A DNA stretch of 64,000 bases, from the NCBI GenBank assembly GCA_004431415.1, contig QPMI01000056.1:124001-188000 (forward strand), in the 5' to 3' direction. Source of the stretch: Cyanophora paradoxa CCMP329 (lineage: Eukaryota; Plantae; Glaucophyta). The notes beneath the pieces are model-generated. The model did not search any database, was not told where the DNA came from, and saw only the letters and a list, made by a program, of their open reading frames with translations. A program made the position numbers and the translations under genes. Positions 46,001 through 60,585 of the stretch are shown piece by piece; the stretch's first letter is position 1; each line of letters begins with the position of its first letter.

Positions 46001-49000
46001 TTGGAGACCTAATATAATTATATATATAATCATGTGTCAAAATACGACAGGATGTCAACGGAGGGCACATACGTACCCGGCGGTAGCGCTTTGCAGCCCG
46101 TTCTTCGGATGCAGTCTTCAAGTGGACGCAGATGGCGATCGCGGCGACGAGCACGAGGGCGCCGACGGCGGCCGCGATGTACGTGATTATGCGGTAGAGT
46201 TGCGCGAACGCGACGGACTCGTCCTCGATCTCGGGGCGGGTGATGGTCGCGTTGACCGTGTCGTCCACGAAGGTTTCCACGACGTACTCGTCGATGGCGT
46301 CCTGGAGCAGCCCCCTGCGGCAGCCGTACGCGTCAATTCACTCGCATGTCGCACTCGCCAGACAATACTCGCACTCGCCTGCGTTGCGGCACTATTCGGG
46401 CTCCATTGACGGCTTCTTTGATCCCGCCGATGACGTACTGGTAGCGGAGTATCTCGACGGGGTCGGCTGTGCCGACTGCGCCCCGTCATGATCATCAGGA
46501 TTGAACGGGTTCACGTGCAGTGCACGCGGGTTTCGCGCGGGAGCAGGTCGGACCTGGGCAGAGCTGCGTGGCCGTACAAAGGACGCAGGTGGACGCGCCA
46601 GTTTCGCCTGCCATGAATCCCGATGGGCTGCGTGCACGTGCACGAAGCTTAAGCTTAAGCTCTCATGAGCTACCAAGTGGAACCAACCAGGGCGTGCAGT
46701 AATCCATGGACACATTGCGGTACTGGCCGCGGGCACACGGGCTGCAGAACGCTTGGGTTTCATCCGACTGCAACCGCATTCGGAGAAGGTCAAAGAAGAG
46801 AATAGCAGGGTCGTAAAATGCATTTGCATTCACGCACGACGTGTCCGCCAGCGCACTGCGTGCATCCGGGGCTCCCGTTCCCGGAGACGGTGTTGCGGGG
46901 GCACTTGATGCAGGACATGGCGCCCGCCGGCCGGTACATCGACACGTTGCAGGCGATGCACTCCGTGCCGAGAGCATTGGCGACGAAGCCCTCGGGGCAG
47001 GGCGAGCAGGTCGGGTCTGGTCAGAAATGTCAGCGCGCGCAGCGAGCGAATGCAGAAAACCTTCGGAATCGAACCTCCAGGCAATGCAGTTGACACGGAG
47101 TCGCATCGTACGCACGTCCCGTTAATAGGCATGTACCCGCCTTCGCAATCTGTCGTACCGCGTTGGGGCCGAGGCGAGCGACGGAACAAAACGAAGATTG
47201 TGAGATTAATATATATTGTGCGAAGGCTCGTACCGACGCATTCGGCCCTATCCTTTCTCGGCACTTTCCCCGGGGGGCTGAGGCGAGAGGCGCGCGGTGT
47301 CGGCACAAAGCGACGCGTGACGCGGTTGCGGGTATCTGGCAAAGCGCACCACGGCTCGCACTGCACCATGCCTTCCCGGCGCGCGGCGGTTGCGATCGGA
47401 CACGGCTGGCAGGTGGAGAAGTTTGAATCCCTGTAGGAACCCTGCAAAACCAACCATGGCCAGCCTCAGCGCTCTACACAGGAATAGAAGAGATGCATTA
47501 CAACCCACCAACGGGCACGGAAAGCATGAACGGAAATCGGGTGCAGAGTAAAACCCAAGCGAGCAATTCATGCAGCGCTCGAACGTTCCCTCTTTCGGCG
47601 CGTACGTCCCCAGCGGACACTGCACCAGAAATGATCATGAGAAGGCGCTCTTTTCGCTTTTCTCTCGCGGGAAACGCGCTCAAATTAAATGTGTACCCGC
47701 AAGCACTTGCGTGGGCGGGAGGTGTTCTTTGGCAGCCACTCGAAGAAGCCAGCGTCGCATGGGATGTAGCGTGTGCTGTCATTGGACGCAAAGTGGCCCC
47801 AGGGCGGCTCCAGGCAGCTCCCGCTCGTCGCCAGAGGAGACCAAAGGCCCTGGGAATGCGTGGAGAGTCAGCTATCGAGCACGCACATGGGTCTCTCGCG
47901 TGAAGCTACTTGCGCCCCGTTCCAAGCGCACCGTTTTACAGGGTAGGCACGCATTCTGCAAATTTGAAGCCGAGTAAATAAGCGAAAGCAGGCATTTATT
48001 TAGACTGCATCTTGGGCTACAGATGGCGCACCGAGTCCCCGTGGAAGGTCCCCCCGCGGCATGGGAGGCAGCCCGACCGGTCGTCGTTGCTTATGTAGCC
48101 CGGGGTGCACGGCGTGCACTCGGAAGCCCCCGGCGCGCTCCAGAATCCATCCTGAAATCGAAGCCACAGTTGCCATTGAAGCCGGAAATGAAACAAGCAA
48201 AAGCGGTGCAAAGAGCACCTGGCAGGGCACGCAGGTGCTGTTCCGCTCGTAGAAACCGGCCCGGCAGAGGTCACACTCGGCCCGGTTTAGGGAGCTCTCA
48301 GTCCCGCGCGGGCTGACGGCGCAAGGTTGCAGTTAGCGTACCGATTGGCTCGCTGCGTTTTACAGGCGATATCGCCGCACCACAGATTGCAATACCAGAA
48401 GCCCGGCGCGCTCGTGTACTGGCCGTGAGGGCACTGCGGCAGATGTTTAATTTGCGGTCGCGGCATTGCAATTGGCATCGAGCGAGCGAAAAGACAGCGC
48501 GCCTGCTCGCAGGACGTCATGTTCTCCGCTCTGTAGTACCCCCGCGAGCACGGAGTGCACCCTTGCCTGTCCGGTGTCGGGATCGTCCCCCGCGCACTGC
48601 GGACCGCGGGTGAGCGACGCGGTTGACGGCGGATCTGGATGCATATGTACGCCTACGGGGCGGAGCCCACCAGGTTTTGCAGCTCGTCATTCCGCGGTCG
48701 GGGGCGTACATTAATCCTGCGAAATATCGATTCTTTCGGACCGACGGACAGCTTAAAGCTGCGAAATTAAATCTACGATTTATGCGAACCGATGCAGTCA
48801 ATGCACTCCCAGCCAACCTCGATCGTGCCCCGCTCGCACATGTCGCACGAGGTGGCCTCGAGGTCCGGGCGGCTCCCCCGGTCGCACATTGTGTAGTTGC
48901 GGCTGCCGGCCGCCGCGATGGCTCCGCGGGGCGCCCGCTCGCACTCGACCATACCCTCGTGCCGGTAGAACCCCGGCAGACACGCTGAAACATTGCAGCG

Positions 49001-52000
49001 CGCTCATGAATAAGAAACGAGATGCGAGTTCCATCGTGGGAGGCTGCCGCGCGCACGGACGCAGAACTGGCCGTTGGCGGCCGCGACGGTGCCGTTGTCG
49101 CACTGCTCGCAGCGGTCGAGCCCGGGCGTCGCTGCGACCCAGTTCGTTTCGCACAAGATGCAGGAATCGTTGACCTGGTACGAGCCTTCGATACGGTTAG
49201 TCCCAGTCGGCGCAGAAAGAGATGGAAGTATCCACCCGCAGGGCAGGGAATGCAGATCGCTCGGGGCCCGTCAGCCACATAGCCCGCATCGCAAATGGTC
49301 CAGGTGGGCGAGCCGGCGAGTGCCACGGAGCGGAAAGGCACGGGCAGGCAGTCGGTCATGTTTTCGCCGCGGTACGTTCCTGGAGAAGCTTCAGTACAAC
49401 TTTCTAATTATATATAAGCTGCAGCTGCTCGGTAAAATGCGGGATTCGATTGCGAGCGTACCTGCACTGCACGGCACGCAGTTCTGGAGATCGGCCGCCG
49501 AGACGTATCCGGGCGCACACTGGAGGAGCAGGTGAAAAATGTCGAGACCGCAAACCAAACCAAAGTCCACACCAGCATGCAGGACGTCATGTTTTCAGCG
49601 GGGGTGATCGTGTTTGTAGCGCAGACGCGGCAAGCCCCGTCGTCCTCGTACGACCCTTTCGGGCACGGCAGGCACATGGACGCGACGTTGTTGGCAACCC
49701 AACCTGGCTCGCACCGCTGGAACCACGAGCGGCCCGGGACGGAGACTGTCTTGTGCGGCACTGGCTCGCATCGCGACATGTTCTCTGCCCGATACGTTCC
49801 TGCAGGGTCGTCAGCGTTCACAGGTGGAGTCCAGAAGCAAAAGAGCGATATCGATGCCTTCTGAGCACAGAAAGCAAGTCTGCTGGTCAGCTGAAGCAAC
49901 CTGTCCCGGGGGGCAGCGCGTGCAGTTCGCGCTGCCCTCAAACGGGGCGACCATATTCTCGGGGCAGCTGCGCGCAAAAGCATATTGTTAGCAACGTCAT
50001 ATGTATATAAAGTTCCTTGAAATTGTATCGGGCGCGCTGCGCGCGATCGCGCACTTCTGGCAGGTGTTGTTGAGCTCGTAGTACCCTTTGCTGCACGGCA
50101 GGCAGGTGTCCCGTGCCTGGTTGGCCACATAGCCGTCCTTGCATAGCACGAAGGACGCCGAGCCCTCCCTTGCGACTACATCCTCGAGGACGGGCTGGCA
50201 CGAGGCCATGTCTGCGCTGCGGTACATCCCTAGCAAGCCTGTCAGTTGCTCCGAGCGTGGATATAACATCAGAGAGGCTATATATCACACCGGCCGGACA
50301 CGGAATGCAGGATTGGAAGTCGCTTGCGGAGACGTATCCCGGCGCGCAGAGGCTGCAGATCGGGGTGCCTTCCAGCGAGGCCACAGTGTTTTGGGCGCAG
50401 CTGCCAATTTCACAAGATCTTCAGTTTTGCGCGCGAACACGGCAATATTAATCAATTGCAACAAAATAATGCGCACGTGAGGCAATTGTCATCAAAACGC
50501 GAGGTTCCTGTGGAAAGTGGGATAAATCAATGTTCGAATTCAGCGAATAGCAATGAAGAAATGTAGAGCGCGCCGAGAACTCACCTTTCGGGCACTTGAG
50601 GCACTCGCTCCTCTCGACGTTCGGGACCGAGCCGTTCCCGCAGACGGAGAAGGCGGACGAGCCGACCAGCGCGACGCTGCGCGCCCCGACGGGGAGGCAG
50701 ATGGTGGACTCGGCCGGCCTGTAAGAGCCTGGGGCTGCGCACACAACATCGGCAAAGATGCTCAAAATATTCGATGAATCAGCGGATATTAGAAGTAGGC
50801 TCACTGCATTCAAAGCACATGGTGAGGTCCGGAGAAGAGTAGGAGCCGAGCGGGCAGGCGGTGCAGTTCGTCGAGGCCTCCAGCGGCGCGATCGTGTTCA
50901 CCGGGCACGGGGTGCAGACGCCGGGATTTTCGGCGTCCTCGTACGTCCCCGGCGGGCACTGTTCGTGGAGAATTTGAAAGTGAGTAGCGCGAAGTTCCAC
51001 GGTGCGGTCGCATGCGCAGTTGCAGCACACCGGAATGCACTGCAAGCGGTCGGGAAGGCTAATGTACCCGGCAGGGCACCGACTGCAGCCCAAGCCAGTA
51101 GGAGATGCGTAGTCCTGAAAACACAGATCGCAGGCGCGAGTGCCTTCGGGGCTGATTTTAACCTCGAGCCCCGGTGGACACAGCTTGCAGCCATCCCCGT
51201 TGTCGTTGGACAGCTGGTTCGCGGGGCAGGCGAAGCAGCTGCCGAACTGGCCTGCGCGGCTCCAGGTTCCTATTGGGCATGGCTCGCACGGCTCGTTCTC
51301 GCGGCGTTGGTACCAGCCGGCCTGCAGTCAGACACGTTCGACTTCAGCTAACCAGTTTCAGCACTCAGGTCGCATTTGCATGCGCTCGGACCGTGCAATT
51401 CGTGCAGTCCGATCTCTCTTGGTTCGGAAAACTACCTCGCGGACCTGTTCCAAGCAAGTCAGACTTCATAGTCTTTTTCCTCGAATTGAGTCTAGAAATG
51501 CGCTTACAGTTTGAGCAACTGTCTATCGTTCCGTACGAAGAGTACTGGTGTGCGGGACAGCCGAGACAGAAGAGCCGATCGCTCGCTGTTCGAAGGAAGA
51601 GGCCAGCAAAGCTGAATCGAAGAACCGCACGTGAGATCATATGAGTCACGATTCTGTTGCCGTTCTAGAAACCAGTAGTCGCGAGCGAGCGCGCACCATT
51701 TGAAGCACTGTGCCGTCCAGCGGTCGCGCACGGTGAACGCGCCCGTCTCGCACCGCGTGCACGGCATCCCCTCGGACAGGGCGAACGTGTTCTGCGGGCA
51801 ATTGTAGCACTCCGAGCTCCCGGACGCCGACCAGGTCCCGGCGGGGCACGGCAGGCACGCCGTCGCCCCTCCCGTGCTGTAGGTCCCCTCGGGGCACCGC
51901 TCCGCCTCCGACTCGATGAGGAGCCCCGTGCGCGTCGAGAAGAGGCCCGGCGAGAGAGGCGTGCAGAGGTCCTTCACGGAGACCGACCGCTTGAAGGCGG

Positions 52001-55000
52001 CGGCGTCGGCGTTCCAGACGGTGCCCGGCGGGCACTGCGTGTGGAGCGAGATCAAAGTGGCCGGCTCCGACACGGCGAAGAGGACGACGGGCAGCTCGGG
52101 GACGGGCTCCGACGCGTTCAGCATGCCGAGCCCGAACGACGCCGCGTCGAGATCGAGAGCGCTGTAGTCCTCCACCGTGTAGGCGCCGGCGACGTTCGCG
52201 ACCCAGCTGTCCAGCACGATCGCGACGCTGACCGAAGAGGCGTCGAAGGACGGGCCGTCGACGCCCCTGATTCGGAGCAGCTGCGACGACAGTGCGCGCT
52301 CGTTGGCACGCTGCAGCCGCTTCTCCTTGATGAGCCGCGGCCTCGGCATGTCGCTTGTGGCGAAAGAGAACGAGCGCTGGGTCGCGGAGGAGTGGATCTC
52401 TCGGACGACGTAGAGGGCGCCGTCCTTGTACACCGCGGCGGCCACCTGGAGCGCACGGTTCAAGTCTAAGCGGACGAAGGGCCGAGAACGGCGAAACAAA
52501 TATCAAATATGGAAAGGAAGCACCGAGGTCCACTCAGCCAGGGACCCGCGCCAGGTGGACGCGCCATAGATGCGGACGCTCCCGTCGAGCTGCCCCGCCA
52601 TGCCGCTCTGGTACCCGTTCGCCTTCACGACGCGAAAGATCTACGGCAGGCGCTGCCGTCAGGAGAAATGGGGGCAAAGCGCTCGCGCCCAGATCTAGAG
52701 GACTCTGCAGCTCGCCTGGTCGCCCGTGACGTAGAAGCTATACCTTGATCCGGGCGCCTCCACCCAACGGCCCTGGGCGACGCGAACGAAGTCATATGAG
52801 CACGACGGCCGCGGCCGGTAGCTCGCGCGTTTTCAGAGCGTGCGCACCTCGAGATAACCGACGCCTCGGCCGGCAATTAACGGTCGCTCGTTCTGGACCT
52901 GCACAGGAAGACGAGAAAATTAAAGAGGGTAGCATTGAGCGATGAAGCAAAACGGAACGCCCCAAACAAAGCGTGGCTCACAATCCAGTGATGAGCGAGG
53001 AGCAGCGTGTCCGTGCGAAGAACCTTGTGCGAATCGTGCACCACCACCCCCGACCGGAAAGCGTACGCCGCGTCCGCGGTCGACGCGCGTTCCGCGAGAC
53101 TGGACTCGTTCACGGCCCCTGGCCATGGCGACGGAATGGCATTAAATTCAGACGCGCATCTTAAATGCAGCAAGCGCGGAAAAGAAGCAAATTAAATACG
53201 GCGCACATGAGAAGATGGCCGTCACGTGGACAACGTCCAGACCCGGGCAGACGGTGGATCCGACGAGCTCGAAGGGGCATGTCGCGGGGCCCGTGGGGAA
53301 GAAGGGCAGGCGGACGAGCGCGTGGTACCGCAGCGGGCCGCCCTCCTCCGTCCGCCCGTCCGCGCGCAGCTCGACGATCGAGGCCGGGGGCGGGTACGCG
53401 TCGGCGAACGAGGAGCCCTTCTCGCCGGGCCACCTGCAAACCCATCAGCGAAACACAAATCTCAGACATGCCGAGCTTGCAACGGGATGTGCAAAAATAT
53501 AGAGCAATTCAACGCACGGGAGGCGCTTGTAGACGGTTGCGGCGTTGTGCGAGAAACCCGCCGGCGCGATGGCCTCGAGGTCGAATGCGAGCAGCGCAAC
53601 GCCCATCTGGGGCGCGCAGGCCTGCAGCGCGACCAGAGCACGTGAGGCCGCTCGCAGGACAAAGTAAACACGAGGAAGTGACGGCAGGACGGATCGGACC
53701 TTGATAAGGGGTACCGCCGTGATCGGCCCCGAGGAGGCGTAGCTGGCGAAGAACGCGAGGCCCCGCTGCGAGAAGGAGAAGATCTGCACGCCCGAACCTC
53801 AGAATTATTAGGATAGGATAGGATGAGGACGCCCGAGAAGCGCGGTATTTAGGATAGGCGTGGCCGGACCTGCACGTCCTCGAGCAGAAGCGACTCGAAG
53901 CTGGCGCCGTAGCTCCTCTGCACATCCTCAGCCGCCCGCGAGCCACCGGGCGACCGCCCCACCGACGCCGGCTCCGCATCGTAAACTGCGATCGCAATCG
54001 TAGAATTGTCAATATTAATGCGTTGAAAGGACCCGATCTAGAGCAGGCACGAGACGCTCACATGGCGTGCATTCGTTGGCTAAGTAGCGGTTCGCGAAAG
54101 ACTCAAAGCCGAGTCCGGAGTCGACGTTGCCGTCGCCTCCCCCTTCGGAGTCAAGTAGACTCAGGTACTCGGTCTGCGGATCCCGGATCGCAGTGAGCAC
54201 AGCCCTGTGCATGCGCGCCTCGAGCCAAAATAAAAAACGTTCGGCTCGCCTGAACCCTCGATAGCTTGCTCGAATCAGCATCTGGGGCGGTCTGACCACC
54301 ATGGCCATGAGTGTACGAAGTCGGAACACGGAGCGAACTCGACGTGAAAAATTAAACGTGACATCGTTAATATTCGTACCGTGGGTGTGAAGATGGAAAC
54401 CGATCCGAGGGCTGCAGCCCATTTATCCGCGCAGTCTCCCCCTGCTGCTACGGCATTTGGCCCAGACGTCTGCGCCACACATATGATTTGAGAGAGCCTT
54501 TGACCCAACCTGCAGCTGCACATGTACAAATCCGACGCACCGCTTCATAGAATCTCCGCTCATACAGAGCGTGGAACAGGCGGAAGTCGAGCGAGAAGTT
54601 TCGTGCGACGTCCATAAAGAGGTAGGGATCGGGACCGCCGGCGTTCGGGGAACAGAGCTCCCTCGGCCATGGCCGCACCGCGCCGAACGCGCCGGGGTCG
54701 CACGACCCGTCAAAGGTGTACGCAACCCATCTCTGGGCCGCGAAATAATGGCAGGCGGCGTCGGCGCAGGCGTCCGGCGGCTGGAGGCACGAATCCAGGG
54801 TCGGCCCCAGAAGATCTGCCTTGCTCGCAGAGGTCGCCCCCCAGATCCAGTTGCCCTGGTGCGCCTCCAGGGCGTGTGGGGAGAACCGCCGGTCGGGATC
54901 AACCGCCAAAAAGGGAAGCATGGAAGAGAATGCGAACTGCGAGCTCTCCGAGACCACGCCCTGCGCGGAACCGGTCACGGCCTATATGTCTCGAAGGTCG

Positions 55001-58000
55001 ACGTCGAGCTCGCGGCGGGCTCTCGCACGTGCGCTCACCGAGTAACGCTGCAGCGCCATGCAGAGAGAGGACTTCAGGTCGTAGTCGCAGTAGACGAGGT
55101 CGGGGCCCTTCCTGAAGACGAGGGCCATGCGGGTCGACGCGCCCCTGCTGCCGAGCGGGTAGCCGGGCAGCGGCACGGCGTATACGAGCTCGCGGTCGAC
55201 GTCCTCGTCGTCGTCAATGTCGATGAGGGGACGGTTGTACACGTTGTACACCTTGCTGTTCCCGGCGGGGAGGAGCGCTGTCCCGATGTTGATGTGAGGA
55301 TGGAGTCGCATGAATAGTGTAAAATATAGAAATAGCAATCACCGGACTGCGTGGGAAGCGAGCCGCCCGGTGGCACGCTGACAGTGACGCTCGCAGAGGC
55401 GGGCGAGAAGCGCTGCGTGAGCGTGCTGGCCAGCGCGGTGCAAGAGAGCGAGTACGAGCCCTCGTAGGACGGTACCGTGTTCAGGTCGAACGTCTCGCCA
55501 GCGGCCGCGCGAGCGTCGCTCACAGACTTGACCGCGCGGTACGGGCCGCCGAAGCCACCGCAGCGGACCTCGATGCTTGCGATGAAGCTGCCCGTCTGCC
55601 ACGTGACGGAGACCAGGACGCTCGTAGAGGTTGTGACAGAGGCCGTCAGGATGGCTGGTGCCGGGACGGACATACCGGGAGCGCCCGCCGGGCAATCGAA
55701 GTAGGCGTCGTCGTTGACCTGCGGATGGCATTGAGGAAACGTGTGACTGATCATGAGCCGCGCGGGGAGGGGGAAAAATAGCTCACCAGCGCATGTCGGA
55801 CGTTTCCGGAGCTGTCGAGGGCGCGCCGCGTCCCGGCTCCCGATTTCGCGCAGTCGTCGAAAGGGTAGTGCAGATGGATCGACGAGCGCGTCGGCCCAAT
55901 GTCGAAGTAGTGCTCCATGACCTGCTCGTCCGTTCGCGTGCCGCTCCAGAGGCGCAGTTCCGTCAGCACTATCCCAGCGAAGAACGGCCTCCCCTGCGAG
56001 ATCCGCCAGCGTTAGCGCGGCACTCGCGATCGCCTGCGAGGCGGACGATCGGAAAGCGAGCGCGCCCACTCGTTTCCCTTCCCGATGAAGTTGGCGGTGC
56101 GCGCGACGCTCTTGATGGACTTGATGGATGTGCTCGTGATGAGGTAGCCGTCCCGGTACGCCTTCAGGGTGCTGTCGCCCGCCGCGTTGGGAGGCCCGAA
56201 CTCGAGCCAAATGTACTGCCAGGACCCTCCTATCTGCGCATTGACGCCCACCAGTGAGGAGCCTAAATCAAAGTGCGGATCCGCGCCTCGAGATAGGGTT
56301 CCAGTCGCAATCAAGTTCAGATCTCACCGTTATTCCATTCGTGTCGCCAGTAAACACATCCACTTGGCCTACGCGGGTAGACCCGTGGAAAACCTCGATC
56401 CGCAGTGCGAAACGTCCAGCCGCAACCTGCCGGGTGAATTCGAAAAATGCACGGAGCGAGCCTGAGTAATGGATCGGGCCCGCACGGTGCACTGAGTGGT
56501 GCAGGAGCTGATAATCTGTTCCGAAAATCGACCGGTCAGGGCAGCGCCGGCGCTAGTCAGGGTCGCGGCGGCGGCGCACGAGGGAGTCGACGTTGTACTT
56601 GGTCGAGGCGGAGAGCGGGTCGTAGTTGCCGAAGTCGAACAGCACGGCCCCCTGGGCCGGGATCTGCAGCGGCCTGGCCCACACCTCCAGCACGACGTTC
56701 CCGCCGAAGGTCAGTGCCGGCATCGCGAGGGACCTCGGGCCCAACGCGGCGTTGTTCGTCCCAAGGACGACGCCCGGGGGCGAGGGCCAAAATCGCGGCG
56801 GGCAATCCGGGAGTGACACGGCTCCTTGGAACCATGCCGTTCTTCCGTTTCCGGACTAGGCGAGAGGGTAAAAGACTGTAAGCTCAAACAGCTGCGGGAT
56901 TGGGGTTGGACACTTGCAAGCGGGCTCGAGCTTCGCACCTGGTCGCACGCGGCGTTGCCACCGCAAGCATACAGGCAATCGTATCTGGTTTCACAAAAAC
57001 CAAAATTAAAGAACGATTGGTTGCACGTATCTTGTATATAGGTAAAGTCCTCGTCATCCGAATAAGACCAATCACGCACAGATCAAACCGATAGTCTACA
57101 TACCGCGGCTGATATGTTGGAAGGGCCAAGTTCGCGTATGCGTTCCAAATCTCGGAGCCGGAGAGCACTGCGGCGTAGAAGCCAAAGTGCGCAATTCGGG
57201 TGTTGAAAATAGGATAGGTGCCAGCCCAGGATATTCCTATTCTTGAGGTACTCCACTGCTCTGCACACAGCGATCAAACAATTGCAACACGTGCGTATAA
57301 GTCGTTATAATCAGGCGTACTCATCGCTATCGATTTGCGGCCCCCGATCTCGCCGACGTGCGCTCCGTTGCGATAGAACTTGATGACGCCGCCACCCCAA
57401 GTAACGGCAAAGTGCTGCGCAGAGACCGGTCATGAAATCTTCCTTGAGCCAGCAAGAATGAAAAGAGCCAAGAATGGCGAGATCGCACATTCCAATGTCC
57501 GATCTGTCAAGCAGACAGCAAGGAAGCGTATAAATTCCAGTCCCTGAGCCGGATAGAGAGATTGCGGACCTTGAAGCCGTTCGAGCCAGTCATATAAACT
57601 TGTATCGCACCATCGCTATTGACCTCGCACCACATGCTGGAATGGAGTTCAACGGTTCAGCAATTCTACATCATAACTTGGAATTCGAAATAGCGCAGAC
57701 AGCCCACCAGTTGAACAAGAAGGCGACGTGCCCCGAGGCGTCGCCCCCGCCTCTCATGACGGGTTGGCCCGAGTAACAATTAGGTTCCCTGTCGTCTGGG
57801 CAAAACCTGCGCGCCGACGGGTCAGGGATTCCAATTAATATTCAAGAGTGAATTCGACCGGAGCGGACCACAGCCCGAAGTGTTGGTCGAAGGGGAAGAA
57901 GAAACCCGGAGACAACTCATTATTGTACACCTGAATAATGATATATATTGAAAATGAAATGGGGGCGCTAATATAAGAACACGATCAACGCACGTCTCTG

Positions 58001-58397
58001 AAGGCCAAGATATCTCGATACATTTCTTGAAAAGAGTCCGGCTTAATCCTATCGTAAGAGTAAACGCATAGATTCAATTTTATCTGGGCATGGCTGGGGA
58101 AGGGGATTCGGACCAAAACATGATCGTGAAATCTGTGCCCCACGCCCAGTTGAGAGGGATGTGGCCTGCGAAATTTGAACGAGCAGGATTAATTTTATAA
58201 GTTATAGAGAGAGGGCGATCCATATCGCGAGGCATACCGCCGTTAAAGTACGCTCCTGCGATATTCATACGCCGTTCGATGAAAAGTCAACATCGTGATC
58301 AGAGTGACGAAAGGGGGGCGAGCAGAGAAGGACCTCTGGTCGGCGCAGCGTTTCCTCCACAGCTCAAGCTTATCGCCAGAAGAAAGAGATGAAGCAT
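43069..58397 (-). CDS. Very large multi-exon receptor-like protein: signal peptide, two LamG/concanavalin-like domains, long GCC2/GCC3 (ephrin-receptor-like) Cys-rich array, ~3 TM helices, Pro-rich tail
   Basis: Signal MLHLFLLAISLSCGG; LamG motifs FTIMFWIKP, LEVWARP...LFDFG, LKAYRDG...NFIGK and ELRLWSGTRT; many CxxCPxGx(Y/F)...CxxC repeats at ~46250-52050. TM segments IITYIAAAVGALVLVAAIAICV, AIFAIAGLGLLVIAAAFVVLQY and LSSLGGSAVEIGCQMLLAY; a ~500-aa last exon with a poly-Pro run. Confidence 0.75.
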
Positions 58398-59780
58398 AAT
58401 CTTGCAGACTGCGCGAGCAGACTGACGATCGCGAAGACGTCTTTCAACAATGCGGGGCCGCGGTTTGCTCTGCGCGCCCGCTGGCAGCCGCCGGCGCCTC
58501 TCCGCTCGTCGGAGGGGCCTTGGCCTTGGGCATGGCGCGGCTCGTTTGATACTGGCTGGACATATGCATGTGGCACTGGGCGCCGCTCGTCGACGTCGAG
58601 CGAGCAACTCATTAATATTGGCTGCATCCGCGCCCTTGAACCCGAATGAGTGTCCGCCACGGCGCTCAAGCGTACTCGTGTGGCGAAGTTGATGGGCGGC
58701 ACGTGCACGCCCCCGGCGAGAGGTGGCCGCCAGCCGGTCTGCCTCCGGCACTGGCCATATGGCCGGCCTCCGGCTCGTGCTCCAGGACGCGCCGGCACCT
58801 CGCCCCGCGTCCGGGCGCAGTTGCGGCGGCGCGAGCGCGCACTGATCGCCTCGCTGGACGCTCGCGGTCGCCATCGCCGTGGCGGGCATCATTCAATGAT
58901 TGCAGTAGCGACGACGAGCGCCACGATGATCACGCTTTGTCCAACCCGCGGCCCTAGGCCTTCTGCTGCAGATCTAGAGTGATCTATTGCAGATCTAAAT
59001 TCAAATGTAGTTGATCATAATGAAGACGGGGAGAAGAATGCGATCGCACCCGCGGACCGTGGCGCGCCATGACCATTGGCTATCGGTAGAGCGACGCCTC
59101 AGATTGCGATTCCAGACCTATACGTTCAACCTTTTCCCCCGGGGCCCGGCCCGGTCGACGACGGAAAGCTGGCAGAGCCCTAAGCTTGAAAGAGCAAGGG
59201 CAGGCACAGTGCTAGCAGCAGCGCACCTGGGGCTTCGACTCGGCGAGACTGAGCATATATGCGAGGATTCGAGGGATCTTTAATTTTTGAGTTCTGCGCG
59301 CCAGATATCAGTCGATCGTATGCCTAGCAGGCCTGCAGTTGCAGTCTTGCAGACAGCTGCGGCTGCGAACAGGTCGTCCGGCGGGAGCTCGAGACACACT
59401 GTGACACATGGGCGCACCTGAGACCAGCTGCCACAGCCTGCCAGGGCTGGCAGCCGCTACGTTAACGTTGCCTGCAGGCTTATGGCTACCGGTAGGCCTA
59501 GGACCGCCGGGGCCGGTACCGTCGGACGCCAGCGCGAACTGTAGCGCGCGTGGTACAGACCGTACAGCGGCTAGTAGCCGGCTACTACCGGTATATGCGC
59601 CGGCGGCCGGCGCCGCGGCTGATCATGAGCCGAATGATTGAATTATCTAAGTTAACGGTTCAGGAACGAGGTGCCGGACGGCGCCTTGGTTAGCGAAAAA
59701 AAGGGAAAACTCGGCCCGCAGTCTGCCAGTCTGGGACTCTGGGCGGCACTGCCGCACTACTATATAGTAGTACTGGACCG

Positions 59781-60090
59781 CAGTGTTGCTGAAATTTTAT
59801 TATCCCAAAATGCCCTGTAAATTTTCAGTAAACTTTCCAGGCCAGAATGACCGCCAGTAAAGAGTAAGTAAAGACCGCCAGAATGTGTCCAGGCCTACAT
59901 AGTCTCGTATTTCGACGGATTTGACCCTCGTTTATGGCGTGAAACGCCCCCAGAATGGCCTCTTCAAGAGTACCCCCCTTGCAAATTTATTGAAAGTTTT
60001 TATTGCTCATTTTGGAGGTGAAAATTTACTGAAAATTTACATGAAAATTTTCAAGTTGAAAGTTTGGAAAGTGAAAGTTTAGCATCACTG
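59781..60090. mobile_element. hAT-type MITE (310 bp, AT-rich)
   Basis: TIRs CAGTGTTGCTGAAATTT / AAAGTTTAGCATCACTG; 8-bp TSD CTGGACCG (59773-59780) vs CTGGGCCG (60091-60098). Confidence 0.75.
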
Positions 60091-60585
60091 CTGGGCCGCA
60101 GTCTGGCCGCACTGGCAGAGTCGACGTCGACGGCGCTTCGACCACAGTTCGTTTTGTTTCCTAATCGACTCGACATGCCCGTTGTATGGGCAAGGGTAGA
60201 CGGCGATCGCGATAACTTTTCACCCGAAGCTAGGCGGCTAGTGCTTTAATTTAAGCTACATCTTAAGCTTGTACATGTAGCCGGCAAGCTAGCGGGTAGA
60301 TTGCACTAGCTAAAGCATGCAGGGGAATTCAAAATACCCGCGGGGAATTTGAATTTATACCGGATATTCGCCATGTTTGGTCGAAATACAAAAAAAACGA
60401 GCTGTGGACGCAGACGGCGGCATGCGCAGCCTGCAGCCTGCAGGCTGCAGCAGTCGCCGAGTCGACGCCGACTCGCCGGCACTGCGGCAGACCGTCCGAC
60501 GGTCCGATCCGAATCATCCGATCCGACAGATTCCGACTCGGCGATCGTGAGGCTCGGAATCCTCGCCGATTCCTCGGATCCCGGA

